Shown here piece after piece: positions 1 to 13,223 of a stretch of DNA of 64,000 nucleotides; within the stretch, counting starts at the first letter, position 1, and every line of letters starts with the position of its first letter. Both the position numbers and the translations under genes were made by a program. The stretch comes from the human T2T-CHM13v2.0 reference genome, Homo sapiens. The stretch lies in NCBI RefSeq assembly GCF_009914755.1, contig NC_060927.1; one strand, given 5' to 3'. The notes under the pieces were generated by a model. That model worked only from the letters and a program-made list of their open reading frames with translations, ran no database searches and was not told where the DNA came from.

Positions 1-314
1 AGAGAAGAGCTTCAATAGATAATAATAAAGACATGTAGATGTGAACAGCCTAAAAAGATTACTCATACTGAGTAAACATTAATTTGCCTGGTAGGTATAC
101 AGAATATGTTATGTTCTAATTCATAATACATAGGAATAAAAATGCAAGGCAGTATATTCAAAATAGAGTCTTTTCATTTTTTCCCAACACATAAACTAAA
201 TTTAAAAGTATCTGAAGGCTACATAGAAATATAAGAAGACTACTGTCAACTAAATATTCCTTTCCACCGTGTGTATGTAAGTGTGTGTGAGAAAGCAATT
301 AAAAATCATTACTT

Positions 315-632
<318 letters not shown>

Positions 633-3600
633 TCATTACTCAAGTATGTAGGGGTGAGTGTTTATAGTATAATCCAGAAATATATGCTAACAAAAAGTAT
701 TTAAAATGAAATAGCTTAACTACTGACTGCTAAAAAAAACTCTTGAAAGCAATGACAAGAAAGCTGGGAGGGTGGACGAAAATGGTCATTTTAATCTGCT
801 GTTTGTATATTTATCCTTTGCAGGCTTCCATAGAGTTAGAAGGAGAGAAGATACAAAAGCCTTCCGGCTAATCTGAACACTACAGGTAGTCAGTCCACAT
901 AATTCATGTCCAAATATGAATAAATTCGGGGGTCCAAATGTTCCAATTTGGACTGTTACACAAGACAAATTACTTGGCCTTGCAAATATCTGCTTCAATA
1001 TGTGATACACAACCAGAATTCAGGGAAAAAATGGTAGTATTTCTAGGTGAAAACTTGAATTAGGGGAATAATAAAATATTAACATAAGGCTAATGATTTC
1101 AAGCTGCAAAACCAGGTGTATACACTAGAAGCCACGATGGGAATAATAACATAAAATACAAAATAGAGACAATAACAGTTGCATGCTTTCGTTTCTTTCA
1201 GATGTTGCAATAATATGAAAAGCACTCTATTTTAATAGCTTTCCTAAAAAATTCATTTTACATGGTAGTCTTGATTTTATAGCTCACTAGGAAATATTGT
1301 TTCTGTAGTATATTTTTCAAATAAGAACAACTTCAAAATTAATAGAGTACCAGAAATATTAGTATATATGGCTGCCTACGGAATAAAATATATGATAAAG
1401 CAAAGAGTAAGGTAAGGTTATATGCAAAAAATTCATACTTTTGAGGCTCCAACACTAAGATCTCAGATGTGAATTAATGATTAGCAACTTCAATTACAAT
1501 GACAATGTATTGCTGAAAGCTAATTTTAATTAGCTTTTACTGTTGTATGGGTACTTGTCTTCTATCCTAATAATATGATTTGATTTTGCCTAGTTTATAT
1601 GTTACTAAATACATCTCATTTTCCTTTAAAAATACTCAATGGGCTAACATCAAATAAAGTCTTTTAATTACACTTTATAAACTTCAAGCATAATAATATA
1701 ATTGTTATTCACTTGTCCACCATTATTTACAACTTGACATTATGTTTTCCTGAAGTATAATTATACAAAGATAAGGATGTAACATTCTAAAATAATGCAA
1801 TTAATAGTAAGGATGCCTTAATTAACTAAACTGATTTTTCTTCAAAGACTATATGTAAATAAACATTGTAAATATGTAGCCTAATTTCCCATTGATTTAT
1901 ACAATTAATAAATAGAAGAAGCTATCCTACAGGAAAAGAAATTACCAAAAGTACAAAAGAAAAAATCCAATTTTGTTAAGAAGGTATCATTACACATGCT
2001 AAAACTTGTTTAAATATAGCCTAGCATTTTTGTTGGTCCTATTTTTGTATCTTAGCTTGTATCTCGTTAGTCTCTGTACCAGCAAACCCCAAAGCTTGAT
2101 AATGTGGCAGGTGTTTCCCCTCTCTCTGGCTGCCACTCTTAGTAGGCTCTGATTAAAGGGTGGTGAGTGCCAGTGTTGGCAATGGGATGGTCTCACCACA
2201 GACTCTAGCCGTATGCTACTGGTCACCTTGATGGGCATGGCACAGGGGTGACCAGATAGCCCTGCCAGTGAAAGCTTGGGTAATGCATGATAAATTTGTT
2301 TTCAATTTTATGTAGTTGGTAACAAATACACATCTGCATAATAAACGTTGAAGGATGTCAGAGGCAGAGTAGCTACAGCAAAAGAAAGCATTAAGTGATA
2401 TCAAATTAAAATATTCAGAGCTAGTATTCTTCATTTTCCCATGAAGCTCTACTGTTTCTTCTAAAGGCTTAGCCTTCCTATAGATGGAAGAGGTAAGTTC
2501 TTCATGTGGTGTATTTAAAGGGCAGATTATCCATAATACTTCTCTCATAGTTTTCCAGAGAACTACCATTTCCCACCTACCATGAAATGCCCACTATTAG
2601 AGTAATGCTTTTGCATTAGTAAGAGAGATTGTGCTGTGCATATGGGAAGGGGATGAGTCTATTCTATTCATAAAATGAACTGAATTAATCAGCCAGTTTA
2701 GACCATGGAAGGATTATCAGCTGGGATGAGGACACTATTAGGTGCTGAAGACAAATGTCCATGTTTTTATAGCTTTATGTTATTAAAGGTGAAAGGAACA
2801 AATGTGTCCAGCAGCAACACTTAAAATGCTAGCATCAAATGCACTATTTATGTATAAAAGGATTTGCAGTAGGTTATGTTTGGTATGACTAATTGTTTCA
2901 TGACACTCAGAAGCAAGAATATTGTGAAAAGACGATCCTCTACGCGCTTTGCTGAAGAAACTCATTAAAAGTTGAAAAAACCCAGAATTACTGCTTAAAC
3001 AATCCCACTATATTCTCAACTGCCTCCGAAGGTTGGTGCTATGGACTTAATCTGTGCCTCACTGTCCAAAAAGGATTCTTAATCAGTTACGTTATAAAAA
3101 TATTTTGTGGGCACATATAAAAAGGTTTTCTAGTTATTTCTATAATTTCTATATAGAAAAGCTTTGTACATTTTCACTAACCCTAAAGTTGTTCGTATTC
3201 TGCTTTTAGAATAAATTTTTCCAGAAAGTATGAATGACCATCGTTAAAAATAATGCTGAAGAAAATCCACGACTAAATGCACTTCCTATGGGGAAAAAGT
3301 TATCAATGTATTAGGTTTTAAACAAATATTTCCAAATTATATTCAGTTTGATTTGAAACATTTTAAAACTTTTTACGAATTTGCTAATTTATAGGATATA
3401 TCCATATTCTAAATAATTGCAAACAGAAAATCTCCTGTAAGGCAAGTCCCAGCACTAATCCACGACTCATTATCTAAACTTTAATTGGCACAACTCTTCA
3501 AATTCTGGGACCATATGGAAAATAATGAGTCCTAATAGGTCTAAGGTGAAAAGATGGCAGGGGAGTAAGGAAGCCAGAAAACCATCAATTTAGAATGCTT

Positions 3601-3974
3601 AGCAACTGCAACACAATTTCTCCAGAGATCTAGAACAGTATATTCTCAGTGTTTTACTGGTCTTGCTATCATAGCACTAAACTGCATATCGTTTCTCATC
3701 CTGTGATTCAAAGATTAAAATGAAAAAACAGAAAGAAACCCAAAACTGGTTTCTATAAGTAAAAGTGAAATTGGCTGACTGTTAATTAAAAAAAAAAAAA
3801 GACAGTTTAAAGTTACCATAACAACCTGATGCAACTGTGGACTGACATGGCAATCTGTTGCATTTTTATAAATAGCAGTTGATTTTCCCTCTTTCATTTC
3901 AACTTGTTTTAGTGCTTATTGGAGCTAAGGAAACAACTGTGCTTCAAGACTACTTCACTTATCAAGCAGTGTAC

Positions 3975-4309
3975 CTCTTCACTGCTGTCGCCGCCGTAAA
4001 AATCATCCTCTGATTGGGTGTCTCTGCTTGTCACACTGTTATCCTCTTTTAGATCCAAAATAAATGAGAGCTCCTCTGGGGACATAGTCTGAGTCTTTCC
4101 ATGAGGTGCTGATCGTGGTCTTGATGAAAAAGTGAAAATGTCCTTTGGAACACTCTGGGATTCCTCTGCCTGCTGGTCGTGTTCACTCTCTTTGCTGGCT
4201 TCCAGCCACAGGTGTGATGGGTTGCAGGAGTCATCACCCAGAAGTAGAGACTGTCTGCTGGATGCCAGATATGAAATGTGATCAGCATTTTCAGGAAAAA
4301 TCCACTCAT
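3975..4309 (-). CDS. CFAP20DC: CFAP20DC internal coding exon (335 nt, phase 1-0): [20 protein letters not shown]...[13 protein letters not shown] (acidic and Ser-rich, probably disordered)
   Basis: ccaactgtcag|ATGAG...GAAGAG|gtacac; core of ORF 3909..4352. Confidence 0.93.
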
Positions 4310-4362
4310 CTGACAGTTGGAAAAGATGACAAAAATTAGAGCAGTAATCCATAAAAGTGTTA

Positions 4363-4673
4363 TTTTTATTTATTTATTTTTAGTTTTAGTTTTTGAGACA
4401 GTCTCACTCTGCCGCCTAGGCTGCAGTGCAGTCACGCGATCTCGGCTCACTGCAACCTCCGCCTCCCAACCTTCAAGTGATTCTCCTGCCTGAGCCTCCT
4501 GAGTAGGTGGGATTACAGGTGCACGCCATCATGCCCGGCTAATTTTTGTATTTTTAGTAGAGATGGGGTTTCACCATGTTGGTCAGGCTGGTCTTGAACT
4601 CCTGACTTCATGATCTGCCCGCCTCGGCCTCCCAAAAAGCTGGGATTACAGGCATGAGCCACCGCGCCTGGCC
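4363..4673 (-). mobile_element. Alu SINE (AluS type), full length
   Basis: Reverse-complement Alu with a (tttta)n tail; TSD aaaagtgttatttt on both sides. Confidence 0.95.
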
Positions 4674-6982
4674 AAAAGTGTTATTTTAGGCAGGTAGTTA
4701 GGCTAAAATTTCTTGTTGTTGAAACAGATTTATCAAATAACGCAAAGCAAAGGAAGGCAATTTATAGACCATCTTGTAACCTGCTAAACACTCAACCCAT
4801 ACATCAGTGCCTATAGCTATGGGCAACTCATTTGCACTTCCTCTCCATTTGAGTTGAAACACTGACCAGGAAATTTGTAAGTCTGAAATAATTATCACCT
4901 GTCTTGCAGCAAGTTCTTTACAGGACAACCTTATTAATTTGACATTCCAGAGGGGGAAAGTCTTCCAAATTTAAAAGGGGTTGAGTTACTAATATCTCCT
5001 TTTAACTGCAGGAGGACAGAGTACTTAACCAGCTTCTTTAAAAAAATATCTGGTCTTAATTCAGATTACAAATCATGGAGGAGAGGAAGCCATGACAAGG
5101 TTGGCAGTCATTTCCTCTCTATTCTACTGATTCAAACAGGACAATTCACAGACTAAACCAAGCAGACTTTTCAAGTAATAGTAAATTCACAGAAATATTT
5201 GCTAATCCAAGCAGTGGATTCTGCTGGGTGAAAAAGGTCTTTAAGTTTACAAGAGACAATGTTTTGATATAAAAACCTTTTAGCACATTATTGTTTTCTT
5301 TAAAATACCATACACTACAGGGAAATATATATTTTTTCAAAACTTTTAAAGACTTCAATCTTTCATATCACATTGAGATAGAGTTTATAGCTCTATGATC
5401 CTGATGAATTGAAAAAGACAGATCTTTATAATGATATCGTTGAAAGCATGCTTTCTTCTTTAGAATGACAGTAGGAAAAAGGTGAGCATTTTCTCAATGT
5501 AGTCTTTTTTTTTTAAATTTGCTTTTTTTTTTTTTGCAGCTTATTTCATTGGTAAAATCTTGCAGAATCACAGTGTGGACATGGTAATTTTACACCTGAT
5601 TCTTGAATCATATTATATTTATGATCACAATAAAAGTAACCAAGAGAGATCTAAGATTTGCAACTCTAAAGCCTACAATGCAAAAGCAAAAGCAAAAGAA
5701 CCCATAAAAATCTTTAATAAAAATAACTTTGATGGTACAAATAAAACACAATTGCCTTTATCTGTTTCTTAACTTACGGCTACCATTACATAACATAACT
5801 TACCTGTAAAAAGGGTGATCAATGTATACTTCCTAGAGAAAACCTACTAGGGACAAGGCTTTCATATATTGAGGGACATGAGTCTGTAGGCATATGGCCA
5901 ATGGCAGGCTGAGTCTAGTTCTTCTGACCACCTTCACAGAGGGGTGCAGGGGCATATGGTCCTGAGTCACTGTAGCTTTGGGCCAGTGAACTCAACGGAT
6001 TCACTGGGCTCCCCTATTTTGGACAGCAAACCCTTTTGCATGGTGCTGGGTACATGACAGTGCTTTGTAAGCAAATTAGGTGCTTTACAAATGCTGAGAA
6101 ATGTTACAAAAGTCAATAGGTTGCATTATGTATATGGATATGTGAAGAAAACAGAGGAAAATATACTGAGAATCTTCATTATGCACTTAAACAATTTGTA
6201 TGACCTATTGCCAAACATATTATCAACTGTCAAAAAGTCAAAGTAAAAGGAGTGTTTTACACCAAACTAACTCTAATTATCTCACTGCCACATGCTTTTT
6301 ATGGAATTTGCAGTTTTACCTCAAGTATTTCCATATCAATTGTAATGAATAATTTGGTGTGTTTTCTTAGAAAAATATGTAAATTACTGTGTAATCACAA
6401 TATTGCAGCAAACAAGATAAATGCAAGAATGATCACCTAAACATCTAATTAGTTTTTCCACACAGTCAGATTTATGCTAGAGACACTAATTGCACCTAAC
6501 ATTTTAATGAAGGTTTCAACGTTGCATAAATAAGATTGACAAACCACAAACAATTTTCATTTATTTTCTTTTTTCCCTTGCTCAAAAACAATTTGCCTTT
6601 GTAAAAGTAGCACACACCTGCTAGGCAAGATATGTTGATGGGCTCAATGCTCTCAGCTCCAACCATCTCCATTATAAAGAGGACTGGAGAAACCCAACAA
6701 CTGGTCATCTTTGGGGAGGGTGACCATGCCATGGGAAAATGTCAGTTTTAAACTTTCATTCTGAACAGGATGACCAGTGCATTAAAACTTGAAAATAAAA
6801 AAATACTCTTTCATCCATTAAAGTTTGACATAAAATTGAGGTTAAATAAGAAGATTTACACAAACTTACACATTTTAGCAAATCGGCTGCATCACCACTT
6901 TTCAAAATGACTGGATTTGAAATATTTACCATATTTACATTTTATTCATTATTAACAGATATGGTGTAATAAAGATGCCAAC

Positions 6983-7105
6983 CTGATTGATCAGGAGACT
7001 GGGGTCCTAGAGTGCCGGAGTTCAACAGCTCTGCTCCTTGTTGGGACACAGTGGTGAGGATAGTTGATGCTTTATCTTCAATCCTATTATTTCCTGAAGA
7101 GCTAC
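6983..7105 (-). CDS. CFAP20DC: CFAP20DC internal coding exon (123 nt, phase 1-1): GSSSGNNRIEDKASTILTTVSQQGAELLNSGTLGPQSPDQS
   Basis: caataaag|GTAGCT...CAATCAG|gttggc; open frame continuous with both neighbours; a GC-richer island in AT-rich intron. Confidence 0.88.
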
Positions 7106-8233
7106 CTTTATTGAGATAAATATTTTCCCTCTATTACTTCTTTTGAAATTTATAAAAAGTAATTTTAGAAGAATGGTTTACTTTGGTATACTTTACTATT
7201 TGATCATTTAAAAGCAAATTAGAGGTAACAATATGAATTACATGCAGTTTTTTTTTTCAGTAGACTGTTTTAAGCTGCATTTTTATAGAGGTTCACCTTA
7301 AAATTCTTTGATACTTACACAGGGATATTTTAGATTAAAGTTTTGCAATATGTGATAAAAAGAATGCCAAAACCCATAAAATTTTTAAAGGATCTTATAT
7401 TTTTTCCCTTGGGTTCCACATGAAATGAAGTGAGTTTTCTTTAAATTATAATTCTTACTAAATGGGACTCTTTTTGGCCAAGCTTTTTTCATCAGCATGT
7501 TAAGAAAATGGATCTTAAGGCATTATTGCAAAATTAATTTTTCTATCTACTCTTTTATAAAAAGCATGAAACCTAGCAGGCTAAATTTCAGCCAACCCAG
7601 GAATCTTACATTTTTGAGAAATTAGGCTAACAGATGTGTACATGATACACTGGGTGGGATTCAGGATAGACTGATATATGTGTATACTAATCTACATATA
7701 CATGCCTCGAATCCAATATTTAAGGGAATAACTATAATGGCCACGTATTTGTCTAATGCTTTACCAGTTGCAAAGAGTTTAAATTTTAACCTAGAGTATA
7801 ACATATGGTGAATAATCCAAAGGGAGAGACAGCAAATATAAACAACAATCTGAAAAGAGCTCAATTTAAAAAGACACAAATGAAACATAAAAATTACAAT
7901 AAAGTTCCATTTTAGTAAAGTCTGCTAGTGGGAACTTCTATCACATTTGGGCCATTTTTTTCAAAAACAATAATTTAAGCTTATTCAGTCTTTGAGAGTA
8001 AAAGTAGGAATTCCTTTATTTCTGTGGTACTGTCTATTTAATCCAGCAAATCTCCATTAGGGATCTAGAGCAATTCTTTTGCAGAAAATTTGATTTCCAT
8101 AATCCTTGTAGAACAGACATTTATATTTTAAATGGATTGGTTCATAATCCTTTGAAATTTACAACCTGCAGAGAGAGATTCGATTGCCCTGAATAATATA
8201 CAGATATAAGATAGGATTGAAATAGTGCCATAC

Positions 8234-8353
8234 CGCTGGGTGTCTCTGTCCTTTCTCTGCTGGTACTTTTTAACCGTAATCTTCTTCTGTTATTATTCTT
8301 ATCTGCTGATGGTTCTTGAGGGGGATGCGGATGCATAATATGTAGATTGGCTG
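8234..8353 (-). CDS. CFAP20DC: CFAP20DC internal coding exon (120 nt, phase 1-1): [40 protein letters not shown]
   Basis: aatgtag|CAGCC...CCCAGCG|gtatgg; overlaps ORF 8142..8336; has a tandem tagCAG acceptor. Confidence 0.9.
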
Positions 8354-8829
8354 CTACATTTTCATATCAAAGCACAAAAGCCAGAACAGAAAGTGCTATA
8401 TGGCTTGAAGTAACTCAGTAAATATAATTATCACTATAATGAGAATATTCATGTATAATTTTGACATAATGTGAAGATACATCAAAAATACAACTTCATA
8501 GAAAATAGGCATTTATTCCTATTCCGATATTGGGATCCTATCAGGCTTTCAAAATTACTGAAACACTTTATTCATGTAATATAACCTTATAGAGGGCTAA
8601 AGTAATTTGACTAATGTTAATCATACAACATGGCATATTAAAAAACATTACAAAATGAAACTGACAGCCAACACAGAAAAATTACTTCTTCCTTTAAAAG
8701 AGGAAGTGTCGATAACTATACTTTCAACAAGAGCATAGAGAGCAGCTTCCAAAAGAGCCCTGGAGAACTGAGGTCAAGCTGAAGAAGAACTTCTAAGTAC
8801 GATTTAATTTAGCAATAATAATAATCATA

Positions 8830-9400
8830 GCAGCATTTAACATTTCCTGAATGCTTAATTTCTTGGTGCAATATGATACACTTAACTGGCTTTTCCCCTG
8901 AATCCTCACAATGACCCTTTGAGGCACCTGTTATTTATTATTAGTATTAGTGCCAGCAGTAATGCCATTCCCATTTTACAGAGGAGAAAACTAAGGTTCA
9001 CAGCGTTTAAGAAACTTGATCAAGGCCTCACTGACAGGCAGCTAGGGCTGGATTTCTATCTATCCATTTCCTTATTTCAGTTTCATACTCCACGAGGGAA
9101 ATTTTCTGTGACAGTGATCATTAATTTGTAAATAATATAAAATGAACTTAAATGTCCTCCCTTTTCAACTCTCAGTAAAGTCAGATCAGTAAGGGTAGAA
9201 AAAGTGACAGGGAATTCTAAGTCTTGGGTTCTGGTCTAAATTATTTCTAAAGGTTACAAACTGCAAATCACTTTACCTCTTTGCTTGACTTTAAATCTCT
9301 ATCTGTAAAATGGAACAAAAATCCTTTTTCACTTACAGGGTTTATTTTATTTTTGTTGTTGGATCAGTGAGAGAAAAGAAAGAGTACCTTACAAATGGAA
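8830..9400. mobile_element. MIR fragments (two, opposite orientations)
   Basis: MIR core motifs cccattttacagaggagaaaactaagg (~8970) and atctgtaaaatgg (~9300). Confidence 0.7.
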
Positions 9401-9744
9401 GAGATTAATTAAAAGATAATATTAAGCTAAGAACACTTAAAATGCACATGGCATTTCCAAAATACAGTGATAATGGAATGCTATTTTATTTCTACATCAG
9501 TTGCCATAAAATAAAACACAGGGTATTATAGCAATTTGAAATAATGGAGAAAACAGAATGATAGATTTCAGAAGCTAATATAAGAATTTCAAATATATTT
9601 CAAAATCAACCACCCTTTTCATTATTAAATGACAATTCTCTAGACTTAAGATCTAGACTTGAATATAACTGCTGATTTATCTTAACAAGAACATTTCTCA
9701 CTATTTTCACTAGCTATCAATCTTTATGCATGATTATTTCTTAC

Positions 9745-9907
9745 CATGAATAGGTACAGTCTGCTTTATTTGGTGAATATTTTCTTTATTTCCTTGTTCC
9801 TCAGACTCAGGTATCAGCAAGGCTGACATTTCTGTACCATTAACACACTTCTCTACAGTGGACGGCTGGCATGATCGGTTATTTTTGGACCCAACGGATC
9901 TCACTGT
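9745..9907 (-). CDS. CFAP20DC: CFAP20DC internal coding exon (163 nt, phase 0-1): TVRSVGSKNNRSCQPSTVEKCVNGTEMSALLIPESEEQGNKENIHQIKQTVPIH
   Basis: ttcctttacag|ACAGTG...ATTCATG|gtaaga; lies within ORF 9734..9946. Confidence 0.93.
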
Positions 9908-10471
9908 CTGTAAAGGAATTAATCTGTACATTTTAAAATATAGCAACTACATTTGTTTTCTGTAGAAGCTATATAGAAAACATAATATTTGGACCAATGA
10001 AGAGTGAGAAAAAAACTAGAGGAAATGAGGTTAAGATGTGAAGAAAAAGGAAATTATTATAGGAAATTAGAAATGGAAGGAGAAAAATAACGAGATAAAA
10101 TAGAAGACATGCAAGTCTCCTAGACACATAAATTAAAATGTGCTTATTTGCTACACTCCATCTTCAGTAGGTAGAAGCCGAATTAAAAATCACGCGTATG
10201 TCAGAAATTCGGAGGAAATTAAAAATAAAAAACCTAACATTTGAGAATCTGTTCATCCTAAGGTGTCTGGTTATGATCCAACTCCTCTGAAAGAGACAGC
10301 AAAATGTGCTCACTTATATTTGCCTTTAAATTTTGTGAACATATTTAATGAAAAGAATACTCGAAAATGTTAATTATGTTGATATGACAAAAAGGAAACA
10401 CTTTTGAAGTCTTTTAAAATCCAGAATTTCTGTTCCAAATTTATTCAAGCCTTCTGCTTTTGGCATGTAGT

Positions 10472-10519
10472 GTCTGTCTGTCTGTCTGTCTGTCTGTCTT
10501 TCCCTCCCTCCCTCCCTCT
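10472..10519 (+). repeat. (TCTG)n followed by (CCCT)n microsatellite, ~70 nt into the intron after exon 10590
   Basis: tgtctgtctgtctgtctgtctgtctgtc followed by tccctccctccctccctc. Confidence 0.9.
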
Positions 10520-10589
10520 ACAAGGGGAAGACACTCTTCCCTTACCAGGTCACTTGTGCTTAGATAAGCTCTCCAAACCTTGCTCCTAC

Positions 10590-10726
10590 CTCGCTGGATA
10601 TCTTCATGTTATTCCTTCTGCCAGAGAGTGGAGGTGGCCCAAGAACTTTGGATCCAAATGCGATATGACAAACATCTTGATTTTTACTGTTCCGTGTAAT
10701 ACTTGTTCCTCTGTTAATGAACTGAT
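10590..10726 (-). CDS. CFAP20DC: CFAP20DC internal coding exon (137 nt, phase 1-0): [46 protein letters not shown]
   Basis: aaaacag|ATCAG...AGCGAG|gtagga; lies within ORF 10560..10784; in frame with flanking exons. Confidence 0.92.
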
Positions 10727-11023
10727 CTGTTTTGTTAAAGGAAGGTAATAATAGTCCATTAATGGGTGTAATGACAAACATCACACTGCAATCTTTCTAA
10801 AAATCCAGTCCAGGTGCCATAGGATCCAAATCCCCCCTCCCCCCTCAGCATGTATTAAAAACACAGATACTAGGGCCCAACATCAGAGATACATACAAGA
10901 CGTATAGAATTAGGATCTCGGCAGTATCACAGTACTTTTAATAAGTCCCCCCAAGTAATTTTTATACTCACCATCATTTGAGAACCACCACCACAAAGTT
11001 TTTCTTTAAAAAAAAAAAGAAAG

Positions 11024-11345
<322 letters not shown>

Positions 11346-11404
11346 AAAGGAAAAGCTACTAAAAAATACATCTTATTTTCTCTTTAAGGAAATAATTTAA
11401 ATAT

Positions 11405-11850
11405 AATTATTCAACTCAACCTAACAAATATTTAACTGAGTACTCTCTCAGGCATTTCCTAGAGGCCGTCAGTGACACAAAATGGAGAATGGAGAGGCGG
11501 ATAAGACCAGTAAACAGGTCACCAATGTAAGGCAGGCCAGTGGCAATGAAGAATAAGTGACCCCTTCATGGACCCTGAATGATGGATACAATTTCAAGAA
11601 TAAGAGATGTAGGATGCCCTAGGCAGAAGAAAGTACCAGAGTAAAGGCATGGAAGAAGGGAAGGGCAGGGTGTACCTGGGAGTCAGGAAGTGGCTGGTTT
11701 AGCTGGAAGGAGAGGCTAGGGTCATACTGAAAAGAGCCTTAAAATGTGAAGAGCCTATTCTAAATTTGGTAGGCAACAAGGAATCCCTGAAGGTTTTAGA
11801 GAGAAAGAGAGCAAAACAGTGTCACCTTCAGGATAGGGCAGGTGTGCTCA
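11405..11850 (-). mobile_element. L2 fragment
   Basis: L2 3'-end motif caaatatttaactgagtac and downstream aggcaacaaggaatccctgaaggtttta. Confidence 0.65.
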
Positions 11851-11943
11851 CCAAATCCTGCTGCCTTCCCTTCTGCACACACAGCTAAATTACATTTCTG
11901 AGCATACCCTGTCGTTATATGGGCCGCATGACTGAATTCCGAC

Positions 11944-12244
11944 TTTTCTTTTTTTTTTTTTTTTGAGACAGTCTTGCTTTTGTCACACGAGCTGGAGTGC
12001 AGTGGCATGTTCTTGGCTCACTGCAACCGCCGCCTCCTGGGTTCAAGCGATTCTCATGCCTCAGCCCCCTGAGTAGCTGGGACTAGAGGTACACGCCACC
12101 ATGCCCAGCTAAGTTTTGTATTTTTAGTAGGATGGGGTTTCACCCTGTCGGCCAGGCTGGTCTCGAACTCCTGACCTCAAGTGATCCACCTGACTCAGCT
12201 TCCCAAAGTGTTGGGATTATGGGTGTGAGCCACCGCACCTGGCC
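11944..12244 (-). mobile_element. Alu SINE (AluS type), full length
   Basis: Poly-T followed by reverse-complement Alu body ending in ggcc. Confidence 0.95.
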
Positions 12245-13223
12245 CCATAGGATTGAATTCTGGCTAATGAACTGTGAGAAGTTTCAGCCATTTCCTGGCC
12301 CCCAAAACTCCCAGCAGAATCCCCCATGCTCTCTATTCCCTCGCCTCCTGACTAGATGCAGAAGATCTTGTGGAGGACTTTCAGGGCTCCAGGGAAGCCA
12401 CTAGATGCAGGTCCCTGAATGACGACATAAAAGGCTTCCCAAGGAACTCCTGATTGGACTACAACTGAGGGGTTCTTTGTGACTGCAATTAGCCTCCTCT
12501 GACTAACAGGGCAGGTGAGGGTGATAGCCTTTAACTGAAAACACTGCCCATTACCTAGAAAGCCTTCTGCTGTGACCCACCTGTAAGACAGGACCAACTT
12601 AAACATTACAATGATGGTCCCAAGTAAGTCCACATTTGCCCACCAGTCCTGGACATATATAAGCTACTGGCCACTTCCTGCCTGACCTACTCCCTGCAAA
12701 AATTCCTCTAGCTAGCTAGTTGGTCTCATTAGCCTCTGCTGTAGAGCTATAATTTTACATGTAGGGGGATTAAAAACCACTCCTATGCATCAGTCTTAAA
12801 AAAAAAAAGACACATGGGTTTGTGAAAATATACCATACTCAGCAAGATCCAGATATTTAGGTCTGAGTGGAAGTAGTGTGTGTATGTATGGGTGTGTTTT
12901 GGGTCTGTTTTTGTGTTTGTAATAGATAAATCTGAAGATAAAGGCAAGGGCTAGATTGCTGAAGTGAACTGAAAGAATTTTTGCTGAACAGGAGACATGA
13001 GGTAGATGTTGAAGTCGTGAGGAGGTAAAAACCATGTCATTTTTCTTGAAATTCTGGAAGCCCTATTAGGTAGGAGAGAAATTCCATTTGTCTAAAGGGC
13101 AGAATCAGAACTAATGAGAAGAATTTACTTCAGGAAGCTTTTAGTCCAACACAAGGGTTATCTTTCTCTAAATATGTCTGGCTGTTGAGGTGATAAATTT
13201 TTTGTCATTTTGAAGGCATTTGA

